A DNA stretch of 64,000 nt from Epiperipatus broadwayi (GCA_028023455.1 JAQFVV010000010.1:2418001-2482000); one strand, 5' to 3'; numbered from the stretch's first letter, positions 1 to 13,067 are shown. Numbers and translations are program-made. Notes: a model not told the origin generated them from the sequence alone.

Positions 1-559
1 TAACTAATTCAACTCTGTAAGTCCTCAGAATTTTTTATTATTAATCTTTCACAAATCTTTTATTATTCTTCTAGGTACAGCATACAGCTTCTACATCACT
101 CTTTGAAAAACCTCAATTTTTTGACTATTTTTTCTGAAGGGGGAAAAAAAAAGGCTTGGAAAAGATTGTGAGACCCATGTCCAGCAGCTGTCTTTTGGCA
201 CATAACTATTGATGATGCTTAACATATTATGCATAATAAAATAAAATTTTTTTAAAAATTAACTCATTCTTGAGAAATCTCAGTAGTTTGGGAAAAGGCA
301 AGTGATTTATTTTTTGTATCTCTGTAAACTTTCTTTGTAAGTTAAAAATATAGTTTATAGTAATTTTTAAAGTTTACTAATAGCGTGTGTTACATTATGT
401 ATTTAGATTTTTATATAATCTTATTGAGAAATAATATCATAAAGATATAATTGATTATTAATTTATTTAGTGTACTAATTTTTTTGACAGCTTAATTATT
501 AATAAAATACCATGAAGGAACTCCCTAGATTCCAATCAGGAGAAAAAATTACTAATGGC

Positions 560-1620
560 TTTGTTAACTTCTTCAATTCTGTCATTGTAACTATAGATTT
601 GACAGTCAATAACTATGAGTTTCATAGTTTGTGTTTGAAGACATTTATATAGATCAATGGCTGATAAATTCTATTTTCAAATTAGAGAAACACAATAATC
701 ATGCATTAATTTGGGTTGTGTCTAGAAAAATCAAATTCAGTAGATTTTATTGTTGGATCTGGAAAAAAAAAATTGCTCAGAATATCATAAGAATTTCAAT
801 TTTTACATCATAATTCTTCGATTATAATTTATTTGCTTAACACCTAGAAGGGGCTTCTTGATTTAAGATGAATATTAGGAGATGAAACTATATCTTGAGT
901 TATTAGCAAGTCCAATCTGCTTAACAACTTTTTATTCATTTTCTCTGAAGCAACTTCTCTCCTGACATTTTGGTAGAGGAAAATATAAGAAACAAAACAA
1001 AACAGATTACCACTGCAAAGAAGGAGACTTGAGTATACCAGTAATATTTAATTGTAAATCCAAAAATTTAGTTTGGAAACTTTTCCTTGAAATAGGAACA
1101 TAGTATTCGCCATCAGAATATGCCAGTGCAAAAGAAGCTGTCCTTTAAAATATTTTCATCACAATCTCAAGTAATGCCAATTAGCTTTTTTAAGAAATTA
1201 TACCTAAAAATTAATTATGATATAACTTGAGCTAAATGAGGAAAATAAATTAGGCCTGAATCAAAGGTTGCTCCTAAATAGGATTGTATTTTAGTATATC
1301 ATGGAAAAGGTTATATATAATTCCTAGTTGTTTAGATAGAAGATTGAGATTATTTTCATTGGATTCAGTATAAGATCTCAGACTTTGATAAACATTTTAT
1401 CTTTTTATATTCATATTGGGAGATTTCTCTAGTTCAGGAAAGGATTTGTTTTGAGAAATCAAAGTATTATCATCAGCATAAATTAATTTTCTTATCGTGA
1501 AGTTCACTGTTGAATAAATTAAAGTAATGAGTGAACAGAGTCTGAGAAAGACTGCTCTACAAAATTTTGTATCTATTATGACTAATGATGTTGATTGGAA
1601 CTTATCATCATTCTCAGCTG
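560..1620 (-). mobile_element. Degraded LINE reverse-transcriptase fragment (I/Jockey-like)
   Basis: The minus strand carries remnants of the QGSxLSPxLF-like motif (~1540-1570), YADD (plus atcatcagcata, ~1470) and YLG/KFLG motifs (~1060-1290), with many stops and frameshifts. Confidence 0.55.
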
Positions 1621-2209
1621 AGTAAAATAAAAACTGTTTGGTCGATTGAATTTAATTCTGTTTAACCATTTCGTAGATGCACAAAAAATCATACAACTTT
1701 CTGAGCAACTTACCATACGAGTATTACTTTTTACAACACATACTGTATATTCTACTTATCAAAATTTTATTATATAATAAATTTCATACATACAATGTTT
1801 AAAAACAGCACCGTCAATCAAAACAATAAAAAGATTATTTTAAATTCAATATTTACAACTTTATCTTAGTACAAAAGCAATCAGATTATTGTTTATTTCT
1901 ACATAACATTGATAAACTTGTTTTTGTTGTAAAAACTAGTTCAATAATAGAGAACTTCCTGTCACAATATTTTCCTATAATTTTATTATTTTTAACGCGA
2001 AATATATTTTGAATAAACAATTTTATACGGTGAAATAAAACTCAGGATTAAATTAATTCTTAATAATTTAATGTGCGTTTAATAAATTTATAGTTACAAC
2101 TTTATATATTTAAGTAAATTTCCCAGCTCATACATTATTTGTTTAAAAGAAGAAAGTAAATTTTTTATAACTGCCTCTTTTAGTAAAGACCTAAATCCTA
2201 CAAATTTGT

Positions 2210-2550
2210 GCACTTCTCAGTTGATGTGATGTGATGTGATGTATTATGGCTTCTCCTTAAACGAAGTCAAGAATATCTCAGCAATTAAGCCCAGATAAAC
2301 CTGTTAGCCACTTTCTTTTACATTCCCCACTCTAAATTTACCCATAATCTGCTCTATCCCATTTCCACAACATAATTTTTGTCAACTCTATAACCTTTAT
2401 ATCTAAATCCCCCTTATCTTTTCCCAAACCTAGCATAAAAACCAATAATTCACTTTCTGTATAATCACTCTTTTCATATTTATTTTTGACCAACAGCGCC
2501 ATCTTCTGATTTATATCATTGTTTTTTTGCAATTTAACTATAAGCAACTA
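2210..2550 (-). mobile_element. LINE 3' end with (CATCA)n tail; second copy at ~8440-8590
   Basis: About 150 bp is shared with 8440-8590 (gatgtgatgtg...aagtcaagaat.tctcagcaatta.gcccaga.aaac.tgttagccacttt). On the minus strand it ends in a short pentanucleotide repeat tail. Confidence 0.45.
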
Positions 2551-2699
2551 TATAATATATATTATTTTAGAAATATATTTAGTTTTTTATAAAATAAATT
2601 TTATACCATAGGATTTAACTTTTTTTATGGCATTTTTTTTTTTTAGTAAAATGAAAAATACTGTATTTGTCTTTTGTATTCCAGCGCATGAATACAGAT

Positions 2700-3090
2700 T
2701 CTGCAGTAATATATGTTTAACTTCCGTTGTGTGTAAGTGTAGTCTCAGTCTGTTAATTTCTGGATTTATAGGTATTATAAACACATTGGGATAGTAATAT
2801 ACGGCTAGTATGAATTTTAAATTGGATTACCAAAATTTTATTTTCTCAACTAAAAATTTATCTAAGAGCCTTGATCGCCTAAACAAACATGTTTTGATTT
2901 TTTGCTTTACGATGAAGTCATCTGCAACTCCAGTGAATTAACTGAATTTTGGGAGAGAAACCGTGCGAAGGAATGCTCGTCGATTCATTTACCATGGATA
3001 ACAAAGGCCTTCTATTTTATTTTGCATTTTTTTGATTAATTTTTACATTATTATATGAAGCTGGTGCGGAAATTAAAAAAACTCATTAAA
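2700..3090 (+). promoter_or_regulatory. Probable Girdin promoter/5' UTR (CpG-retaining segment, ETS-like ACTTCCG near 2720, upstream ATGs)
   Basis: CpGs are visibly more frequent from about 2700 to 3620 than in the intronic background, and the segment lies directly upstream of the start codon. The TSS cannot be determined. Confidence 0.5.
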
Positions 3091-3135
3091 ATGGCAACAG
3101 TAACTGAATTTATGGAAAGCTCGTTGGTGGTATGG
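3091..3135 (+). CDS. Girdin: Girdin/Daple (CCDC88 family) coding exon 1, MATVTEFMESSLVVW
   Basis: The peptide matches the CCDC88 N-terminus as I recall it (E-F-M-x-S-x-L-V-x-W). A perfect GTAAGT donor follows at 3136 (phase 0). An in-frame upstream ATG at 3055 could add MKLVRKLKKLIK. Confidence 0.88.
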
Positions 3136-3279
3136 GTAAGTTAAATACAATACTGATTCTATTCATTATATCCTATGTATTTTATATGCGAATATACACA
3201 TGCATATATAGTATAAATATTGTTATACATTTTTGTACTTGAAACGAATATTCATATATAATTTCTATTATATTTTCAG

Positions 3280-3380
3280 GCTAAAACATTCCGTTCCGTT
3301 AACGCGGGTGAGGATTGCGATCTCTTGGATTTTACTGATTTTTACAATGGAGTGTTTCTTTATGACATCATTCGGATAAT
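3280..3380 (+). CDS. Girdin: Girdin/Daple coding exon 2, AKTFRSVNAGEDCDLLDFTDFYNGVFLYDIIRI(I)
   Basis: Acceptor tattttcag, donor AT|gtgagt (phase 2), open frame. KTF...GVFL..I..I matches the HOOK-domain start of CCDC88 proteins (VKTF...DGVFLNQVMLQI). Confidence 0.9.
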
Positions 3381-6300
3381 GTGAGTCATTATTAGAAAAA
3401 ATATTTTAATATTAAAATTAACTTATTGAAATGTGAATATAAGTTATTTTACATATATTGCAAACAATTGAAATTTTGATTGAAAAACTTGTTTATATGC
3501 TCTTTATTTACTATTTTGACTCTTTTCTCGTAGTGATCGCATTCTGGCATTTTGTTATAAATGGTTTTTCTTACGGACACCTTACTTAGAATTTTTTTTT
3601 ATCGGGGGGGGGGGGAGAGGACATTGGTCATTGTTTTTATTTCATTTAGTAATTCATTATTTGCAGTACACAACTGTTTTGTTTACTACTGTAGCGCATT
3701 TAAGTTTGTTCTATTGTTTTTAATCATTAGATAACTCTTTCTATTAATTTAATATTTGGGAAAGGAAAACTAAATAAAAGCGTTTGAAAAGAGTTTCTGG
3801 TAATTAAACAGAAAGTAACTCGTTTAATTTATGCCAAACTCAATTGCAGGCCTAAATCGATTTGGCCTCAACATTTATATATGGATAGATAGATAATTAT
3901 TTTTATTACTATTGCTATTTTATTAACATTGTTTATAGAAATTATTTATACTGTAATTTAATTCACTTTTTTTTTTTTTTAATAATAACTAAATATATGT
4001 ATTTTTTAAATGAAAACTGATGAAATCTAATATATGCTTTATAAAATTTTATAACGATAGTTATTAAAATTCAAAAAAGAAAATTGATAGGGTCACAAAA
4101 ATTTACATGAGATAGAGGGTGGGGTGGGAGGGGGAGGCGACTGGGATCCGAATGTTGATTCTATGAGAAGTTTCAATGTATAGTTATTGATATATAGAGA
4201 TATTATATATTTTGCATTATATATAATGAAACTATGAGGGTTATATGAAAGCTAAAAACAAAAGCTATATTATTATTGTTATTGTTTAAATTTTTTATTT
4301 AAAGTATAGTTAATAACTGATATACAGACTTATTATATACCTGTATCAATATATGTAATAAATTATAGTTAATAAATTATAATTTGTATTGGCTTTGGTT
4401 AAGTAACTTGGTCAATAAGTGATGTGTATGCATGTTATAATAAATGGACAATTATATTAAAAAATATACACATCAATATTAAAATATTTTATAAAATGAA
4501 TATTGTTGTTGCTTGGTATCTAGAATAAATAAAATAATCTATTATTAAATAATTATTATTACAATTTATAAAAATACTTTTATTTATGTAAATGAGTTGA
4601 TTTATAAGAACATTAGACTTAAGGCGGGGGGGAGTAATAAAAATTTATTGAAAGGAATGCCTGCTTTGTAAAAGAGCAATTGGATAAAAATAGGATACAA
4701 AGAATACATTGAACTGAATAACTCGTATTTTTCAAATTTACTGTTTTAAAACTGATGTGTGTAATAATCATATATTTTAAGTGATCATAAATCAAAAACA
4801 TAAATTGTTAAATTAATTAATTAGAGGAAGGGATTTGTCCTCTCATTTTCTATAATATCTTCTAGAAGATCGGATAAAGGGATTAACATAAAATAATTAA
4901 ATTTTACAAGCCAAATCTCCCTTTAAAATTAATGGGGCAGTTTAGTATGAAATAATAATTGTGTAATGCAAATCTCTTTAAAATTAATGAAAATCATAGT
5001 AAGGAAAGCATAGTATTAAAAATCCAACATGGAATAATCAAAATCAATGGATATATCAAAATTTAGAATATTTTTGATCAACAAGGAAATCAAAAGGATA
5101 AAAATATATTGTTCAAAAACAAAGTCAGATATTGAAAGTTAATATTTATTAATAATAATTCCACTTCATGGATTATTTCATCAGCTTCAAAGGATTACTG
5201 CTGAGACCTGAAGAAACAAATACCTGAGAGCAATTAACAATTTTTATTCAGTATCACATTATACAGGACAAATAAAAAAATGGTAATTATATTATTTTTT
5301 TAATCTATAAAAAATTGATTTCCAGATGTGTTCTACATAAAATATAATCTTAATAACACTTTTGTTTAACAAATAAAAATAAATAGGGAATTAAATGCAA
5401 ATCGATTATGAAGGTGATTGTTTTAAGTTTTTTTTTTTATTAATATGACAAACATATAAAAATATTTAATCAATAAGCATGATTATAAGTATTAACTTTT
5501 GATATACTTTAAAGATATATAATTTGAAGCAGAGCAGAGATATATACATTTTAAATCTTTATCATATGGGGATGAGTTAAGTGTTGTCAATTCTTAATGA
5601 GATATACTTCTATTCTGTTTCACAATTATAATATCCAACTCAAAAACACAATCTAAATCGTAAATGATCAATATGTTTGATTATTTCACTTATGTATAAT
5701 AATAAATTACATCAATTTAATTTTAACAAAAGTATATACACTTTTTAAGATTATAAAATTAGTATTGAAAATCGATAAGGAGTATAATTATTAATTTATT
5801 TGTTTTATTATTCTTAGTGTTTTAATTGTAATAAACATAATGTATATTTGCATAATAAAAAATTATTGTTATCATTTACCATGGTATCATGATCTTTAAA
5901 TTTTCTTTAGTTTTTTATTTTATTTTGGAGTTAATGCAAAATCAGTCAGTGATGGGTATTGTATTTGGGTTTGTTACATCTATTCATTGTGTTACTCTTA
6001 TTTTAATATTCTAATATAAAACTTTAAAACATTCATATCTTGTATATGCACATTGATTACAGATTGTAAAGTCACTGTAACTATATTAATAAATGGCATC
6101 CACCTGGTTATGCATAAAATATCTAGCTTACACAATGGTCATCATCATCATTATCAACTTACAAATGTTTGCAGATTGGAATATATATATATGATCTTGG
6201 TACCAAACCTCATTTTTATGCCATAATTATAATATTACATTACATTACATTACATTATTTTTTAATTATTTATTTTATTACAATATATATTTACACGTTC

Positions 6301-7044
6301 TTTATAATTCAAACTAGACGTTCCCAAACTTATTTGTCTTGCTGCTCCCTTTTCAGAAAAAAAAAACCCAGCATTTCCCTATTTTCTTTAAGCACACAAA
6401 CATGCACAGAAAAATATAGCGATGAATTTCCTTTTTTTTTTGGATGTATCAGCACTTCACTTACATTCTGCAAATACCTTATGAGATCTTCAATGCGAAA
6501 TTATAAAATTATTTTTTAACATCATCCATAGTAACATCCACATTACACATACAAAATTAATATAGTGAAGAATAATATTAAAATAAATTTCACAAATAAC
6601 ATTAATAATTCAACTAATGAAAAGAATAATATATTATGCTGCTATCAATTTATAAATATTCTGTTCTATTTTTATCAGCAATATTCTTAAATTACTATGA
6701 TAAACTATTTGCAATCAAATTTCTTGATTGCCCTATGTTCAATTAAATGATGAAGGAAATGTAATTAAAAATATATGTACTATAGTTTATAATTCAAGAT
6801 AAAGTTAGATATTTGCTTTTGCAGCCATAATTATTGATAGTCATCTTTGAATTTAAATTTTAATTCATTTGTTGTTAGTTTTACTAATTCTTGTAATTTT
6901 GGAGATTGTTCTGTGCTTATACTTAAAAAAAGAACTCAAAATCCAATTAGGTATGTTCTTTTTAAGAATATTTTCAAATCATTGATTCAAGTCATTATGG
7001 AGAACTTCTAAGAGTTGATAATATATAAACAAATATTACCAAAT

Positions 7045-9475
7045 ATATATAAATGCAATATATCCACCCTACTTTGGACACTTTTTAGCAAATTTTTTTT
7101 TATTGTATATATATATGTCCACACAATCTTATATTTAGACTATCCTGCAGTCTTTTTCAGAACTATTATATAATGAAACAAATATATAGGATATAATAAA
7201 GATAATAAAGAAATAATTAATGGAGGATATATGATAAAATGCAAAAAATGTTTAGATACTGGGATTGAAAACAAATATGTGAAAGAAACTAAAAATTATA
7301 AAAACAAGATTAAACCAACATGACAGATAATAAATCACCAATGTATATACGTATGAAAGGCACAGACACAAGTTTACAGAAAATTCAATAAAAATGAAAA
7401 TAAAAGAAGCAGTACTAAAAAGATAAAACCAAAATTTAATAGAGATTCTAGGATTAGAATGACATTATTATAAATATATATTTTTAATATATATATGTAA
7501 AGAGAAAATTACTTATAAATAAATTATGGGTTTGTAAAAAAATGTTTACATAGGAATATAAATATTAATATATTTATAGATAATACATATTAATGAAATA
7601 AAACAGCATAACATTCAAGTATAAAACAGTATAATATAAAATAGAAATTTATAAAGGAGAATTATATAATATATTTATATAATATATAATAAAAGAGTTG
7701 TAGTGATTATAGCCTAGGGATAAGATAATTATTTTTAAAAAACCTTTTTATTTTTATTTTTAAGAAATTAAAATAAAAGTGGCTAAATTAAAAAGGGATT
7801 ACAATATTTATGGTTTTTAGATATTAAAAAAAAGATAAATATAAAATATTAATAACAGAATAATGAATAAGAAAATATAGATATTATACGATTTAAAATT
7901 AAAAAGAATTAAAAAATAAATTAAAGTTGAACTGATAATTATTTAAAAATAAAATAAATATTTTATTAATGTGGATATAATAAAATTGAAGTTTAAGTTT
8001 ATAATGATTAGAAATAATTAGGGGATTATTAAAAATAATAAAAATAAATAATATATTTAAATTAATAGTTGTTCATAAATATGTATACACCTGGGTCTCA
8101 TTTTATGCGGTAGATAGGTTTCACAGAAAACCCACATTAAAAAAAATCGCACAAAAATAGACTTAACTTACCTTGAAAAATGGGGGATAGGGTCTGTAAT
8201 TTTCAGAATTAGCATAAAAGCAAAGCAACAAGGAAAAATACTTTAAAATTCGCATTAAAAAAATAAGGAAATAAAATATGACTAATAAAAAATATCAAAT
8301 ATTTGAAAAAAATTGGTACAAGACAAACTTTTTTTACTTTTTTTTATTAACTACAGTATTTAATTTGACATTTTTTCATATGTATTTTAATCATTATCAC
8401 TATTTTCGAATATGCGGTTCGTTTGTAAACTGATAAGAAATCAGATTCGTCAATGTGATGTGATGTAGCTTCTTCGTGAACAAAGTCAAGAATCTCTCAG
8501 CAATTATGCCCAGAGAAACTTGTTAGCCACTTTATTTTCCATTCCCCACTCTAATTTTTACCATATTCTACTCCTTCCCATTTACACAACTAGTGCCAAT
8601 TTCAGTCTTGAGCTGTGTTAATGGTTTTCTGTTGACAACTGATTTTTACTACTGAAATAAATTTTAAATGTTCACATTTTGTTTCTATATTAAAAAAAAT
8701 GAGGATCGCAATCAAAACAAAAAGATTATACATTATCATTAAAAATATTATTTTCAGTTTATAAAATCAATAAAATCTTCGTTATTTATTTTAAAAACCT
8801 ACATTATTTATTTCTGTTATTCCTAACAAAATACATTTTAAAAGTTTAAAATTTTTGAATATTTATTGCAATATTTTTATATGTAAGTATAAATCTATTA
8901 TTATTATTTACTCATTAGTATAAGTAGGTTATTTATTCTAAATATAGCTTCAGGTCATATTCACGTTAACTGCTAATATAACATTATATTTTTGAAAAAA
9001 AAAAAAAAAGTATTTCAAGTCAAAATAAATTATTAATAATTTAAATTTCTTGATATCTAATAAATATAGTGAAATATGAAAAATATTAAAAAGAAACATG
9101 AATCGCATAACTTCAAAATCGCATTAAAATAATCTACATAAAACGAGACCCAGATGTATATACAGTTAGGAATACACATGTATAATTTATATTTGCTTTA
9201 TATTGTATATTTTATTTTATATTATCTGAATTATTTTATTTGTTTTTGATTATATTTGTTTCAGTTTTATTATGTTTTGTTATATTTTATGTTGTTTTTT
9301 AATTATTCTATATTTTTATGGTCTTATTTATATAGTTATGTATTTTATTTTGTTTCATTATATATTCTGAAAAAGATTGCAGGACAGTTGAAACAAGATT
9401 GTGTGCATATATATATTCAATAAATTTTTTTTTGCTAAAGTGTTAAAAGTAGGGTGGATAAATTGCATTTATATG
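7045..9475 (+). mobile_element. Penelope-like element fragment: GIY-YIG remnant bracketed by inverted pseudo-LTR copies
   Basis: 7220-7460 encodes degenerate G.Y.IKCKKC...RL.QH...IKEA...KPKFNRDS. Segments ~7045-7200 and ~9330-9475 are inverted copies of each other, each with a ctgaaaaaga(c/t)tgcagga(t/c)agt..aaa HHR-like remnant. Confidence 0.65.
8088..9156. mobile_element. Non-autonomous Tc1/mariner (pogo/Tigger-like) TIR element
   Basis: Terminal inverted repeats CACCTGGGTCTCATTTTATG / CATAAAACGAGACCCAGATG, with TA on both sides (8086-8087, 9157-9158). No ORF. Confidence 0.75.
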
Positions 9476-11771
9476 ACATATAAGTAAGTTTTCATCATAT
9501 ATTTCTACATTGTTCTAAATTTTGTTTGTATAGAAGTTTTGCGACAAATGTGTAAATAACAATTTTTGATTAAATTTAACCTATTGACTTGGAGCTGTAG
9601 TTTCATTAGACAAGTCTATCAAATAAGCCATGCCATTTTTGGAATAAGTCAAGTTGGTTTGTAAAGCAAGACTTTATAAAAATCATTTCTTCATCATTTT
9701 CAATACAAAGTTGTCCAAACAATCGTGTCATTCAATGAATTGCTTCTGATATTGATTGTTTTAATGGCATAATATAATGACTTGTGTAGTCTTACACTCA
9801 GATAATTTTTGGAAATTAAATGTTGATAATGAATGATATAATATATAGCAAATATATTATAAATCACTTTTTAAAAAATATTCAAGAAATCCCTTTTAAT
9901 GCCTATCGTACTGGAACATTTTCAATAACAACTGACAAGATATTACTTAGACGTTATTTAAAAACAGCAAATAATAATTTTAGCTATTTTTTTTCCTTTT
10001 ATGAATCATATATATGATAAAAGTATGATTTCATTTCCGAACAAAATTTATTCATTAGTTTTCAAGAGAATGGGTGATTTTAAATACATTATTGAGTCTT
10101 TAGCATCTCGAGTAATTTCATCATGTTTGGGTGCTATTGAAAAAGCTGGCTATCTTAAAAATCTTCTTTAAGAAGATAACTTCATAATCTTTTTTTTCAG
10201 CATGAATTTTTATTAAATATTTTTCTAGCTTTGAAGTATTCATAGATTTATTTGATAAAACTTTTTAACAAATTAGGCATATTGGTAATGCATTGTTAGT
10301 AAACCACTGAATAAAAACATAGTTTAAATATTCAATACTACATTGTTTACATTTTTTTTTTTTAAGGTCAGCCATGATATTATCCATAAAAATGCAATAC
10401 AGATATAAAATTACAAAGATTTGAAAAAGGGCAATTTTTCTCCAAAATATTTTTTTCAATGCTTGTGTTATTAAAATAATACCTATAACATCAAGTATAC
10501 AATCTAGGAAAAAAAACAACAAACAAATTAAAATACTAATGAAACTAATAAACTGGATTTTATTATTTGCTCATCATTAGATGTATGTATTTGATATTAA
10601 ATTGTCAAATATCAAACTAAATTTATCAAGAAGTAATTAAAAAATAATAATAATATGTCATTAAAAATCAATTAATAGTTTTAATTTAATTTGCTTTTAT
10701 TTAAATAATTTTTCTGTATTGACACATGATTAATTAGGTTTTTTTTACTATTTCATTCCTGTTTTTATTACTATTGCAATAAAAAATAAGATAGATATAT
10801 TGACTATACACTACAAATAGTACTGTATTGGCATGAGCCTACTATGAGACTCAGAAATATAAGGTAAATAGGTAAAAAAATATGTGTAAGTTATTTTATT
10901 GAAATAACAGTAATATAATTTGCTTTCGTTATCTGTAAAAATCAAAGATATCAAATATAAATTAAATTTTTTAATATTTATTGTACTATTAACTGATTGC
11001 AACACAATACAGAAAGAATCTAAATTAGATTTCATGGTTATTATGTATCTAAAGTATTGTAATCAAATCATAACTCACACATATGCCTTATTAAAAAATG
11101 GTAATTCTTTTAGGCCACTACTGTAGCTGGAATCCAACTTTCTATTGGGCATATTTGGCATGATATCCTTATTCTCAAATTAGAAATAGTTATAATTTGT
11201 TGGTTCTTTTTCTTTAAAATACACTTTAGTCTATGATTAGATAATCGAATTCTCGGAGTTCATTTCGTTAAAATATCAGCTGCTGATTTATGTATTATAT
11301 CAGCAGGAGAAAAGAATCAATTCCGAGTTCAAATTCTGTGAATATGATGCATTGTTTACATAGCATCTTGAGATCTATTTATTATCATAAGTTCAGAATT
11401 CATAAATTAAATAATGAATATAGTGAGGTTAATTATTATTTGCAATTATTAAAAGATAAGTTACTTAAGGTTAATTGCCCTTAAAAGATTATTAGTTATT
11501 TGCCATTAAACAATTGCAACATATCCCAGACTACTATCTGCAATTTTTTCTGCTTGTTCTTCAAATGTGAATAAGTATTTTCTTCATATTTATTAATAGT
11601 TTATTTTCAATCTTATACAGTTCCCTCCAAAATTTTAATTAAAGTACACATACATTTTACTTTTCTTAATTACATTGTTCATTAAAAAAATGTGAATTGT
11701 ACATCAATATAGAACTAGCATGTAGCATTTGAAGAGGTGAAGACTTTGATGTAAATGATTAGATCTTGTTA

Positions 11772-11870
11772 GTTTTTTTTCTCACATGTCATAGCATCGG
11801 TCAGGAAGTGAACCTGCTAGCCTGGGACAACTGCTTGTAAGGCAGTTGTGCTGACCTCTCAGTTGACATG
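11772..11870 (-). mobile_element. tRNA-derived short SINE / tRNA(Val-TAC)-like retrocopy
   Basis: The minus strand has a B-box-like ggttcacttcc, a hairpin with loop CTTACAA (TAC anticodon) and an A-tail. Homologous to 43435-43545. Confidence 0.55.
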
Positions 11871-12478
11871 CATTTTAGAAATCATTAACATTTTTTTATG
11901 CTGTGCTTATGGCTATCTGTTTGTAATGTAAGAATGACCATTAGTTGTAATTTTTTAATAAATATATACAATTTTTTACACTATAGAAAAATAAAATCCA
12001 ATTGAAATGCACTATAACTATGAGAATTATGCTGACAATAACATAATGATTCTCTGATTGCCAACCTTTTTAATATTTTGTTTAAATATCCTGATCAAAA
12101 AAATTAAAAGGACTGCAAGGAAGGAAATGAAAAATAGATTGATGAAAATATGGATTTCCAAATGGTTGTGGTTGTACTTGAACATTTATTTTATTACTAG
12201 AACATAACAAAATCTATATACTTATAATAAAAATTGAAATTCTTTTAAAAACAAACAGAATAATAAAAACAATAAGTTATTTTAACTTTTTATTTATTCA
12301 TAAATTTCTGTTATTTATTACATAACAATTATTATTTAACTTAATACACTGTACACAACTACATATATAATGTAATATACAAGGAATTCGAACTGATTTT
12401 CACATGATCCTCAATTCTCCATGCCATCTCATATTACTGATCCAACTGATCGCACACATGTTGAAAAGATAAATAATC

Positions 12479-12522
12479 ACCAATATGCATATTTCATGCT
12501 AAGCCAGCACTCATCAGTTGGC
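12479..12522 (-). ncRNA. Minimal type I hammerhead ribozyme (copy A, intact core)
   Basis: Minus strand: gccaa CTGATGA GTGCT ggctt AGCAT GAAA TATGCA TA ttggt. Stem I ccaa/ttgg, 5-bp stem II (G-U closing pair), palindromic stem III AATATGCATATT, AUA cleavage triplet. Confidence 0.8.
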
Positions 12523-13067
12523 CCAGATTACCATCTCCACACACACACACATATATACAATCAATGCTCAGTTTTATATTAAGATAGCCAATCTTCATAG
12601 TTTAATGGACAGGCTTCAAACCACTCCAATCCACAACTCGTCAGCCATCCATTTCATTGAAAATCTGGTGATGGAATGTTCAGTGCCAAAGTTATCATCC
12701 TGTCCATGTTGATGTTAGTCATTCTTATCCCTCATGTACCGGAAAATAATCCATTTTTACATACATATGCGAGGGATGGGCAGACCTTTAATGCACTGTT
12801 TCAATATGTAACTTAATACACGGTACAGGCTTACACACACCTGTACATATAATGTAGTATATACGGGATTCGGACTAAACATGGGTAGGATGACAACCTT
12901 GGCACTCACATGGGCTTTGAACATTCCATCATCAGATTTTGAATGAAATAGAAGGCTGAAGAGTTGTGAGTTGGAGTGGTTTGAAGCCTGTCCATTAAAG
13001 TATGAAGATTGGCTATCAATATAAAACTAAGCACTGATTGTATATGTGTGTGAAGATGGTAATCTGG

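Larger units (their letters stand above)
6315..10420 (-). mobile_element. hAT (Charlie/Buster, SCAND3/ZBED-like) transposon relic, interrupted by a Penelope-like insertion
   Basis: Minus-strand remnants in order: BED finger PICLIC..LSNKSMNTSKL (10150-10340), RLFGQLCIENDEE (~9690), HL..LHNDLNQRFENI..IPNWI (~6940-7040), LWLQKQI...FLITFPSS dimerisation region (6720-6900). A TIR-like gttcccaaactt sits at ~6320. Confidence 0.7.

Noticed and set aside
12915-12945. Possible opposite-polarity second hammerhead (minus CTGATGAtggaatgttcaaag) in the 480-bp unit
   Set aside because: No GAAA, no convincing stems I and III, and copy A has CTGGTGA.
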